Below are positions 53,029 through 64,000 of a stretch of 64,000 nt of DNA, one piece after another. The notes under the pieces were generated by a model. It worked only from the letters and a program-made list of their open reading frames with translations. It was not told where the DNA came from and searched no databases. A program made the translations under genes and the position numbers. This DNA comes from Phoronis australis (Eukaryota; Animalia; Phoronida): the NCBI GenBank assembly GCA_002633005.1, contig NMRA01000314.1, positions 158,898-222,897 on the forward strand, in the 5' to 3' direction. Within the stretch, counting starts at the first letter, position 1; every line of letters begins with the position of its first letter.

Positions 53029-53951
53029 TTGCGCTACACGTCTTGGTGGTGCTTGCCAGAGAAAAATACCGCAGCCAAGTGTTTCACTTGGAGTGTGGCA
53101 TAAAAACTGCCGGCGCTGTTATTGGGCCCCTGGTGCTGGAACCATTTCTGTCGAAAGAGGTGACGTCACGAAATGGTAGTGACGTCACGTCGTTGATTAG
53201 CAACGCTTCCTATAATTTAAATTCTACGGTTGAGGACTCCATTCATTGGACCGATTCTCAACTTTTCATTGGTTTTTCGATAATTGCTGCTCTTAATTGC
53301 GCCGTGGGAATCGTATTGGCTTTAATTTATTGTTACAATCGAAATAACGACAAAAAGAAAATTGAAAAATACTCAAGTGAGGTCATTTTCAAAAAAAACT
53401 TAGCTTTAATTAAGCCACTTCTTGTTTTCTTTTTATTTTCTACTATTCTGTACGGAACATTTCACACTTACGAAAGTTTCTTGGCTATATACTGCATCGA
53501 TTCAAAACTCCGGCTCCCTAAAAGTGAAGGCGTATTTATGACATCAGTATTTTGGATTTCAGTAACCGTCAGCAGACTTGCCGCTGTTGCCGTGTCCAAG
53601 TTTGTTCAGCCTATTTATATTGCTTGGCTTGACCTTGTTGTTGCCATGTTTGTTGTTGCGGTTTTGGTTGTTTTTGCTCAAAAGACGAGCGTTTTACTGT
53701 GGGTAGGCACCATTTTCTTAGGCTGTGTGTTAAGTACGGCCGGACCTTCAGTGTTGACGTGGTCATTTACTAATGTCAGTGATGATCCAATCGTGTTAAG
53801 CCTCTTTGTAGCTGGCATTGGTTTCGGCTTTGCCTTGTTACCGCCCTGGGTTGGTGCCTTAATTCAATACCTTGGCCCACAATGTTTGTTTTACTCATTA
53901 TTGGTGGAGATCGCGGCTTGCCTTCTGTGCTTGGCGTTTTTGTTAAGTTAG
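53029..53951 (+). CDS. MFS transporter gene B, last coding exon (MFSD4/NAGLT1-like); C-terminal tail shortened by a 1-nt deletion
   Basis: ttttccag acceptor in phase 1; colinear and highly similar to 15880-16800; stop TAG at 53949-53951. Confidence 0.85.
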
Positions 53952-54769
53952 GTAGCCGGAAGGCAGAGTGCGCAAGTCAAAAAAATTCCGACGACACTGT
54001 TGCTGCACGGCCTACCATTGAATGACTGATATCGAGGAGCAGTTCCTATTAGGATTTGTAGGACCCTGATACTCAAACTTGGCCAAGTTCAGAATATCGT
54101 ACCTCAGTCAGATCGGACTCATGTAAAGTGTTAGATACCATGATTTGTGCATTGCTCGCCAGAAGGCTTTTAGAAATTGAGTAAAATGCTCCACTTATGC
54201 GTGAGGTTCTTTTAAAAAATAAGACTTTCTAGATTCTCATGAGACAAGTCTCATAAAGCGAAAACGAAATGTAATATGTTAGAAAAATTTTTTTTTGAGA
54301 TTTTTACAGGGAGATATTATGTAGGACGAACATGTCATTTAATTAACCTTTACATCATTTAGATCATGATATAGATAGAGTACAACTTCGGTTAACTATG
54401 TGCACTAAGAATAACATTGTATGAGAAGTATTAATTAAGTATATAGTGGTGGTGGTGTAATTAATTAAATGTATTGGCTGTTTACCGAAACTTGTTGCCC
54501 CCTACGAGTGTATTGGAAATGAATCTGACAGCATTTTTGTCTTTGACCATGTGTTTATGTTATGCCAGCAGAATTCCGTAACTTTAATTTCATCGGAAGT
54601 GGTCAACTTTGGGGCGAGCCATTCCAGGCAACAACAATAGACAGCGCTATTTTTCATCAGAAATTACTTAAAGCTTTTACTGTCCGTTTGCATATTTGCC
54701 GAGTGCTTGGGTTCATAGTTACTCTGTGCGTGTAAGCGCAGAGTACTGTTGTTCCTGGGTTTTCTTCAA

Positions 54770-55880
54770 TTTTATTGCTATGCGAGTGCAAGCGCAGAGT
54801 AATAAAATTCTTCTTATTCTTCTTCCGACCAACTTTGATTCTTAATAACTCCAAATTGGGTGCAGGTACGTTTTTTAAAATCAGCATATGATTTTTGACA
54901 GTACATAAATTTTGATTCGTAATATAATCATATTCCATATTGCACCGGAAGAGGTCGTTTGGTGCAAAGGTCATATAATTTTCAAAATGCTACTCCTTCA
55001 TCAGTTTTAAAGATATCTTTTTCAAATTCGGTGCTCGGGTATAAGTCAATGACACAATTTAAAAAATTACTTTGCTAAGTAATCAAATCATCCAATCAGG
55101 TAAAACAGGTCAAAGGTCATTAGGTGCAAACTAAAATTTTGAGCTAGACACTTCAAATTCACAAGTCGGATTGGAACGTCTAATTCAATTCGAAATCCAA
55201 AGTTTCAGGTCATTTAGTGCTACCATGAGATCATTAAGTGCATTTTTCTTCTGAAAATTGTCTTTTTCGTTCACCAAGTATTCTGATGTGTCGATCGTTA
55301 GACAACTGTTGTTCTCAGAATTAAACACACTTTTTACGGGCTTTGCAATAATTCTCCTTAAGATGCTTATAATGCACCGGATCGGGTGCAAAGGTCATTC
55401 AACGTTCAAATTGTTATATCCCCTGCATTTTTCAAGGAATTCTTTTCAATTTCAGCACACTGGTGTAAACCAACATGCCAAGCGAATAACCTACATGTAC
55501 TTTACTAAGCAATAGGCCCATCCGATCAGAAAGAAATAGGTCAAAGGTCATTAAGTGCAAACTAAAATTTAAAGCTAGAGACTTCAAAATTACATATCTC
55601 TTTAGTAAATGCAATTGAGTTGGAATTGCAAAGTTTCAGGTCATTTGGTGCAACCATGAGGTCATTAGGTGTATTTTTCTTCTGAAAGTTTGACCAATTC
55701 TTTCTTAAGTGCTTTAAGTAAGACATCTGTGATTCTTAGCATTAACTACACTTTTAATCGAGTTTACACTTATTCCCTGATCAGGGCTCATAATACACGG
55801 GAAGGGGTCAATTAGTGCAAAGGTCATCAAAATATTAAGATGTAATTTCTCCTACAGTTTAAAAGAATTCCCTTTCATAT
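54770..55880 (+). repeat. Degenerate ~430-bp tandem repeat (about 2.5 units) rich in AGGTCA; likely another Helentron-associated family
   Basis: GTGCAAAGGTCAT recurs at ~54962, ~55386 and ~55815; begins with a TTCTTC-type tract. Confidence 0.55.
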
Positions 55881-56738
55881 TAATAAACAGGCTGTTGCCA
55901 ATTATTTTCCATGACAATTCCAGTAATACGCACTCACAGAATCCATTATTGTCACGCCGTAACAATAATCTTTCTAGTTGGAAACCTACGATTTTGTTCC
56001 GAGCAGTGTTTTGAAACTATGAGTAGCCTTTGGAGGAAGTTTGTGGGTTCCATGTTTTGATCTAAATCGCCCACCTTTATTTTGTTTGAGTATAAGTATT
56101 CTGTTACTACTTAAGTAGATATTTTCTTGACGATAGACAACCTGCTTGCTACGGAGATATCGGAGATATTATTGAATAGATGCTACTGGCTTGTTCAGAA
56201 ATATCACGAGTGCTAGAAATTTGATGGACTGAATTTCATTCCGATACACTGTAGCATAAATATGTTGTACTGAATTTCAAGGGGATACATTGTATCTAGA
56301 TTTCAATGGACTGTATTCATGTTACCATAATTTATCCGATGTTCGACGGACTGAAGTTCATGACTGTTCCGAAGTTTTTCATCAAGTCAAGTTGGTTGAC
56401 TTCTGTTTGGAAAACTGGGTCAAGAGAAGAAAAACTCGTCTCATACAACAAATGTAACACTGGATCCAAGGACGGCGCCAGGAAAGGGAAAACGTAATGG
56501 ACTGATTAGATTAACCTACTTTGTGAAATTTTACGATTTTTGTATGGGAAATTTAAACATTTAATCAATATACTCATTATTATATCCAAATCAAATTGTG
56601 TTGTTTCAACCACCTACCGGCAAGAGATTCACCACGTGACAGAGATACTATCTATACTAGGACATGTACATATAAAATCTAAGCATGCTGCAGTGGAGGT
56701 GGAGCGCTCTAAAGAGTATGGGGGCTGAGTCCCACATT

Positions 56739-59700
56739 CACCCCTGCCAACCCGCGATCGAGAACGCCGGAAGGCGATCGAGAACGAAATTTGGGGCGAG
56801 AAGCGAAGCCAGGCAAGGTGAGTAAATTTGATGAATTTTCGTTGTTTTTACTTCCGATGTGAGAACATAGACATGAGTTCAAGGCGTAACACATTGAGAA
56901 AGGGCAGGTAGAGGTTTAGGCTAGTGTCTCTTCCAATTATAGGAGAAAAGTTACATGTACGTTGACCGAGGCATCGCATGAGCCGAAGGTGATTTGTATG
57001 TCATTTAGGCAAATTGTCGTGTTTTTTGCACTAAATCAATCAATTAACCATGCAGTTATGGAGAAATGACGTGTGAAAATATAATGCAACGCTTTGTTTT
57101 TTGTAGTTTTGTCAGGATCTCTGATTTTTCGACGCTTTTCTGTTGAAAGATAAGATCGAGAACCCAACGTTAAGCGATCGGGAAAGCATCGTGGTGTGTC
57201 GAACAGTAATGAACCTTTTACTTATAAAACGTGGAAAAGGTTACAAAATAAGTGTGGTGCAATGAATTAATCACATTTTGCGTCATTACTGTGTTACATT
57301 CGTAACAATACTGAACAACAACATAGTATATTTCATGCGCGCACCCAGCCCTCGATATCGGGGGCTCGAATTCCCGACGTTGTGGACAATTTGCTAACAA
57401 AAGAGCGGGCGGACTACAAAAAATAAAATAAAAACAGGAGCACCTCTGTGAATTGCGCGTTTGCGCTTATTTAGTGGACTTTTGTCCCATTTTCACACAC
57501 TTTTTGTCTCTCGGGGGGCGGACCTTTTTGCTCACTTCGCCAATTAGGGGGGGGGGGGCTTCTTCGAGTCCCCCGAGCCCCCCCCCCCCTGGGTACGCGC
57601 ATGTATTTCTATTAAATTGCCTTGATCACTACACGTACATCAAGCATAATTTTAGATTCACAAGCGAATTTATTTTCATTTCAGGAATTAAGTTCACTGT
57701 TGTTGTGAGGCGAGCTTCAACGAACATGTTACCCACGACGTGAAGGTAGGGGACCTACACCCAACCAGCTTTTGAAATACAGACATCTACTTTTAGACGA
57801 AACCATTGAGAACAAGGGGTCCTAAACTGAAGACTCACCCAGGAGTTGCTCCATGTGGCCTGTCAGCCACGGGTAAACAAATTGTTGCTGCAGATGAGTG
57901 TAGAGTCTTCTTGTAAAATTGTTACAGCAAAAGGAAAAAACAAATAGCCAGTGAAGTCAAAGAATGATGATGAGCTTGCCCATGGGGAGCGAGGGGAGTG
58001 CCGCAACGCTTCACGAGATGATTAAAAGATTTCCAATCATAAACGTCTGGGATCTAAAAATTGGCCAGAAGTTGTGTAAACTGGTGTGCAGATAAAACGG
58101 GTAGGATTTTACTTGATGTTTTGCTGATAACATCGATACAGAGATGAACAGATTGACTTGTGGCACCCTTGTGGCTTGAATGTACGTTGTGTTTGACTCT
58201 TCTGTTTTGTAGTCTTGGTCCTAAGTTGATCTGCATCTTCAGTTCATGATCTCCAATTTAATGTGACATTGAAAAAGATTGAGACAGTTATAATATACGT
58301 GCTATATTGTGATTTTCTCATAACGTAGTCAACGTGTAGTGAGTAACCTCACGTCAACTACACACTGTAGTGATTTACACAGGAAATCAACAACAATATT
58401 ATAGCATTTCTATCATAATATCAATCTTTTATCAAACATAACTCAAAATTGGTCTTACAAAAATTTATAAAATATTCCTTAAGAGAAATCAAAATTTCAA
58501 ATCCATTGAACATTTCCAACAAATTACTTTTGGAATGTATTAGACTAAATCATCACTGAATCATAGGCAATGTATTTAGGACTGATTGATAGTATAATAG
58601 TCTCTCACAGGAAATCAACAATAACATGAAAACAATTTCTACAATAATCGTACAGTAGACATATTTTTTTTCTTTTAAAATACTAACTGGTCAGAACAAT
58701 TGTATGTAATACTTTAACACTACAAAAATGTATTGGTTCTGTTAAAGATCCTTTTGAAATAATACAAATATAGAAAGAAACTTGAGGAAAAAAGGTTCGA
58801 AACAAAACGTCAAAATACTATCACCTCGGACAACTACCAACCATAAACTGCGTAAATCTGAATAAACTATAGTGACTTAACAACCTTCACCACTGGACTT
58901 AATGATTTCATTCATGACGTTTCTGATTGCTATGCCTGTAGAAGGAGGCATACTGTTTGCATGACATGCCACATTCACCACAAAAAGGAGTGTCCTCGTG
59001 CTGTGACGCAGTGTCGCTTCAGGCTCACTCTTCTCCGAGAAACATTGATCACAGATAGGACACTGAATCGACTGAGCACGATACATGAACTTCATGTTGT
59101 GTTTTACTATATTGGTAAAAAACTCTTGATGCATGTAACGCGTCAATCACAGGGCTGGTAAAGGTCTTGCTTGTTGTAGTGTCACTGTTTTATTGCCATG
59201 TGGTCATACTAAGTCGATTTCTTAGTTCCTGAACGAGGCTCCACAACATACACACACACCTTTGTGACATGCACTAGCGACGTTAATGAAGGACTCCTCG
59301 TGTGGCCACAGTTCAACTGAAAAAATCAAAGCATTCGTGTTGTGTTTGTTAGGCTAAATCTCACTTAGAAATCATGAAGAAACGATGAAATGTAATTAAT
59401 CAACCCATCAACTAGTTCAGGCTCCGTATTATTCTAAAGTTATTAACATAATACCGTAACTTGAGAGAATGTTCAGGCAAATACACGATCGCTTTTTTGC
59501 GTCCACGATCGCCATAGAGAATTAAGGACATCGTTCCCGATCGCCGTCTCACACAAGGACCTGCTTGTATTGGTAAATATCTCAAATTGTTTCACAAATC
59601 ATAACTAATAAAGGTGTCACCAGGAACGATTAAACTATAAACGTCACATGTCTCTTCTTAAGAACCCTGGAATTGCTAATAACAAGTAGATATTGTCGAT

Positions 59701-59981
59701 TTTTCAAGGCACAAAGCATTTTACCGAAAGCCATTGCTTTCTGAACTCTTTATTCTAAAAAATAGGCAAAAGCCAAATATTATTTCAAATCCACAACAAA
59801 GGTTACTCTGAAGCTTTTCTGTGGGCAGCATTTGTACCAAAGTGGCCTCTATTTAAGCAGAAAATGACACTTAAACTCACCGCCGTCTGCCATTTTTGGT
59901 GCAAGGTCTCGTCCTCGATCGCCTCTTCCGGGCGTTCTCGATCGTCCTCCGGGCGTTCTCGATCGCGGGTTGGCCGGGGTG
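56739..59981. mobile_element. ~3.2-kb DNA transposon relic with CAC termini and subterminal CGATCGAGAACG repeats, carrying zinc-finger remnants
   Basis: CACCCC(T/G)GCCAACCCGCGATCGAGAACGCC at both ends in inverted orientation; minus-strand C2H2-like fragments at ~58950-59270. Confidence 0.65.
57334..57603 (+). mobile_element. GC-rich MITE with 5-bp TSD nested in the 3.2-kb element
   Basis: TIR CATGCGCGCACCCAG / CTGGGTACGCGCATG; TATTT on both flanks. Confidence 0.8.
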
Positions 59982-60381
59982 TACATTGTATGGTGGCTGG
60001 CGCAATTAGCGGCATTGGGACGCGAAATGGTACAGGGGCACCTTCCGTTCACTGGCGACAAAAAACCATATGAGCCACTGATGTAATCGTAATGAACTTA
60101 GCGTAGGCTAATTGTTAGACATTGTTTGCGGAATAATGGGCATGCACAGTGCCGGCTATATACATGTATTATATATTTTATCGTAGTTAATTGTAGTTTG
60201 TAGCTGAGGTGAAATGACTGTAATAAGTCCAGTGGCGGCGTAGCGTGCACCCTCCTAGTCCTTGCCCTCCGGCGTCGACACCTCACTAAGGCCAGTGGCC
60301 GCCCCCCATCCCGATTGGTAGCTGTGTAATTTGTAACCCCTCAGTTAACAGATGCCTGGTGCCCCCCTTGGACGACACCTG

Positions 60382-61378
60382 NNNNNNNNNNNNNNNNNNN
60401 NNNNNNNNNNNNNNNNNNNNNNNNNNNNNNNNNNNNNNNNNNNNNNNNNNNNNNNNNNNNNNNNNNNNNNNNNNNNNNNNNNNNNNNNNNNNNNNNNNNN
60501 NNNNNNNNNNNNNNNNNNNNNNNNNNNNNNNNNNNNNNNNNNNNNNNNNNNNNNNNNNNNNNNNNNNNNNNNNNNNNNNNNNNNNNNNNNNNNNNNNNNN
60601 NNNNNNNNNNNNNNNNNNNNNNNNNNNNNNNNNNNNNNNNNNNNNNNNNNNNNNNNNNNNNNNNNNNNNNNNNNNNNNNNNNNNNNNNNNNNNNNNNNNN
60701 NNNNNNNNNNNNNNNNNNNNNNNNNNNNNNNNNNNNNNNNNNNNNNNNNNNNNNNNNNNNNNNNNNNNNNNNNNNNNNNNNNNNNNNNNNNNNNNNNNNN
60801 NNNNNNNNNNNNNNNNNNNNNNNNNNNNNNNNNNNNNNNNNNNNNNNNNNNNNNNNNNNNNNNNNNNNNNNNNNNNNNNNNNNNNNNNNNNNNNNNNNNN
60901 NNNNNNNNNNNNNNNNNNNNNNNNNNNNNNNNNNNNNNNNNNNNNNNNNNNNNNNNNNNNNNNNNNNNNNNNNNNNNNNNNNNNNNNNNNNNNNNNNNNN
61001 NNNNNNNNNNNNNNNNNNNNNNNNNNNNNNNNNNNNNNNNNNNNNNNNNNNNNNNNNNNNNNNNNNNNNNNNNNNNNNNNNNNNNNNNNNNNNNNNNNNN
61101 NNNNNNNNNNNNNNNNNNNNNNNNNNNNNNNNNNNNNNNNNNNNNNNNNNNNNNNNNNNNNNNNNNNNNNNNNNNNNNNNNNNNNNNNNNNNNNNNNNNN
61201 NNNNNNNNNNNNNNNNNNNNNNNNNNNNNNNNNNNNNNNNNNNNNNNNNNNNNNNNNNNNNNNNNNNNNNNNNNNNNNNNNNNNNNNNNNNNNNNNNNNN
61301 NNNNNNNNNNNNNNNNNNNNNNNNNNNNNNNNNNNNNNNNNNNNNNNNNNNNNNNNNNNNNNNNNNNNNNNNNNNNNN
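60382..61378. other. Assembly gap
   Basis: N run. Confidence 1.
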
Positions 61379-62599
61379 CTTGCTGCGGCACCGAATCAGT
61401 CACTCGGTATCTTTCCTATGAGGTCCAGACCGTTGAGTTGAACTGAGTTTACCTGATGTCTGTCACGAACTGAGTCATTAATAAAATCGTCTTTTATGAA
61501 TTTTTCTCTGGAACTCGAATGGCCTTTTCAAGTTCATGCCGTTGAATGATCGTACTTTCAGGGGGGGCGACCGGTCTAGAGACTCGCAGTAACCTGCGGG
61601 GACATTACAATATGAACGCAGAATTACAATGAGCTTTGTCCGAGTTTAAGGTTTTTTCACTGAACAGAGGGCCCTAACCCCTTTAGGTGCCTCCCTTCCT
61701 ATACCAGTGGCTCTTACAGCGAAGATAAACCACTAGTAAGGCATCTGCAGGTAGTCTCCATGTAAACAAGCAGCGGCGCCATCTATCATTTAGACGAGAC
61801 ACGCATGCCAGTCACAATTTCTGAATATAATGTTTGAAATAACAATAATCATCTGTGAGGTTTTAAAAGAATGGTAATAAGTAGTGATGTCTGCTTTTTC
61901 TCTAAAATACAAGCTTTTTGCGTCGTTTTTGCAAGCGTTTTAAGAGGGCCCCCTATTGGTGGTTGAGGCAACTGAGAACAAGCATATAGAACGAAGTGGA
62001 GCTGGTGTAATGCTTTGTAAGCAAAAACTATGGGAGAGGCAAGATTTGTTATTTTAGATTATGAAGAGCTAAGGAATGACAAAACAAATCATTATAAAGT
62101 CAGGTTTTGAAAAGGTGCAATATGGCTGCTACAGAGTGCCAAAGTTGGACGAAAATGGCTTCAGTGAAAACCTGCAAAATAGCCGTTTTTGCCACAAAAA
62201 TCAAACCATACAAATTTGAAAATGAATTTTGAAAGTTATGCCATTAAATGTTCAATTATAGTCCTTTAAAACTGAATCACTCATTTGTTATCAGCCAGAT
62301 ATACAAGCTAGTAAAATGCATTCAAACATATCTACTTCGGCGCCCAATTTTGTTGCAAAATGGCGGTACATGTCATAAAAAGAGAAACAATGGATGAAAA
62401 TTTTTAAAAATCGAATTTTTATTTAAATCTCATCAAACTCATGTGCTTGTTCTCAAAAAAAAATCCGTGATATCGGTTATAGATTCTAACTGTCGGTTTT
62501 TATATGGAGTCACTCTTAAATATTCACAGAGAGCTCTACTTTCCGCTCTCGAACTCGGATATTCGTCTGTGGAACATGGACATTTTGACTTTCGGCATT

Positions 62600-64000
62600 C
62601 GTACTCAGCTCATCATCTCTGTTACTGGTTCTTGAAGTTCTCGTTGGGAGTATTTTTGATTGGCACTCTTGTTGATTTAAAAAAATCTGTCATTTCCTTG
62701 TCTTGGCGCTTCGCACTCTTGACGAGCCAGAAGGGCCAAAAGTATGTGGGAACATCTCTATAAACACTTTGTGAAAGATTCGAAATTAGTAATGGCAGAA
62801 TTACTCCAGAATGAGGCAACTTAACCTCTGACCTCTGTCTCGGTTAGAGCACATGCTGTAGTAGATTATATTTTACCTGACCCAACTAATTTGAATGATT
62901 GTGTATCGTTTTCTGTATCTAATACTTCTGATATTTTGATACTTAGATATCCACGCTTTGATTGGGCCAAGATGTAAAGCGCCAGATTATTCTCTTCTTG
63001 TTCTAAGGTTCAAAATCTCCTCGCTTGGTTTATGTTTACCTGGTATCGACAACCATTGGATTCAAATACTCTTTCTAAAAAACGGAAAAATGACACATGC
63101 AATATCCTGGCAGAATTTAGTAATAATGTGACATTTAATGAAGAAACTTAGTGTTTAATTGATTCATTATTGTTATCCTATGAACATCAGAACCAACTTG
63201 ATATAGTGTATCAGTCATTTATGGACTTATTAATTAAGGACATTGATTCCGTGCTGGATTACAAGGATTATTATCCGAGTCGTAAACTAAGGAAGTATTC
63301 TAACAGGAATCATCGTTATTGAAATTTGGAACTTAACGATTCTTGGAAAATTTCAAAGTACATTGAATTGGTTACATTACAAACAATTATTTCTGTCTGA
63401 TCAATGTAAATTTGCGCGAAACGTTAATACCAGTTGAAGGATCGTGTTGAAACTGAAAATATAAATCTTGAAAATCCTAAGGATTTCAGGGCATGTATAT
63501 TAAAAAACTAGGACCATAATAGTTTAGCAAAGTTCCCCTGGAAGTCTTGGTTTCAAACCCTAATATAAACTTTGATAGAAATTTTGTTCTAAGTAAATGG
63601 AAAAATGATTACGGAAAATTATTTGTACGCAGTTCTGAAAATACATTATTTGATGATGAATTTTATTTGGAACCTTGCATTTGCGTAAGCAGAATGTGAT
63701 TGTACTAATATAATTGATCAAAGCTTAAATTGTGAAAATCTCTGTTGATGAGGTTGGAAATGTTGTTATAAACAAAGAATAACGAAGCCATGACTGCCTA
63801 CCTTAAGAGGTTTTAATATTCAAAACTATTGTTTTACTAACCCGACTGTTAATTGAATCTTTTAAACGTGGGCTAATGCCTTCTGACTGGTATAAGGCAC
63901 TTATAATCCTCACGCTGTATTAATTCTGCACACGACTCTAGAATTCCTTTGAACTACCGTGGGATACAGTAGTCTTCTCTCAATATTTGTAAACTCTTCA
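62600..64000 (+). mobile_element. Decayed CR1/L2-group LINE ORF2 running off the window end; 5' boundary uncertain
   Basis: Final ~150 bp read MPSDWYKALI..P...PLNYRGI..L...CKLF, the conserved start of LINE RT domains; multiple stops. Confidence 0.6.

Noticed and set aside
60345-61446. Long ORFs of 350-365 aa (also 32822-33313)
   Set aside because: Artefacts of translating N gaps.

Overview
AT-rich (roughly 38% GC, estimated by eye) eukaryotic draft scaffold with N gaps; the repeat content suggests an invertebrate animal. The core is two tandem, same-strand paralogs of a spliced major facilitator superfamily transporter resembling MFSD4/NAGLT1. Gene A has a non-coding exon at ~5320-5410 and coding exons 8558-8689, 10914-11199 and 15880-16937 (491 aa). 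Gene B has a non-coding exon at ~21870-21962 and coding exons 44406-(gap), 46753-47038 and 53029-53951. The rest is mostly transposon debris: Helentron-associated (HINE/DINE-1/pearl-like) elements with internal tandem arrays, several MITE families, decayed L1/Tx1 and CR1-like LINEs, a tRNA-type SINE head and a 3.2-kb TIR element with zinc-finger remnants. The least expected observations are (i) conserved minus-strand exon-like blocks with EGF/C-type-lectin-like remnants interleaved in the introns of both paralogs and (ii) phased arrays of CTCF-consensus motifs inside the HINE repeats. No prokaryotic features, rRNA or CRISPR arrays were seen. Family assignments come from motif recognition by eye, not database searches.
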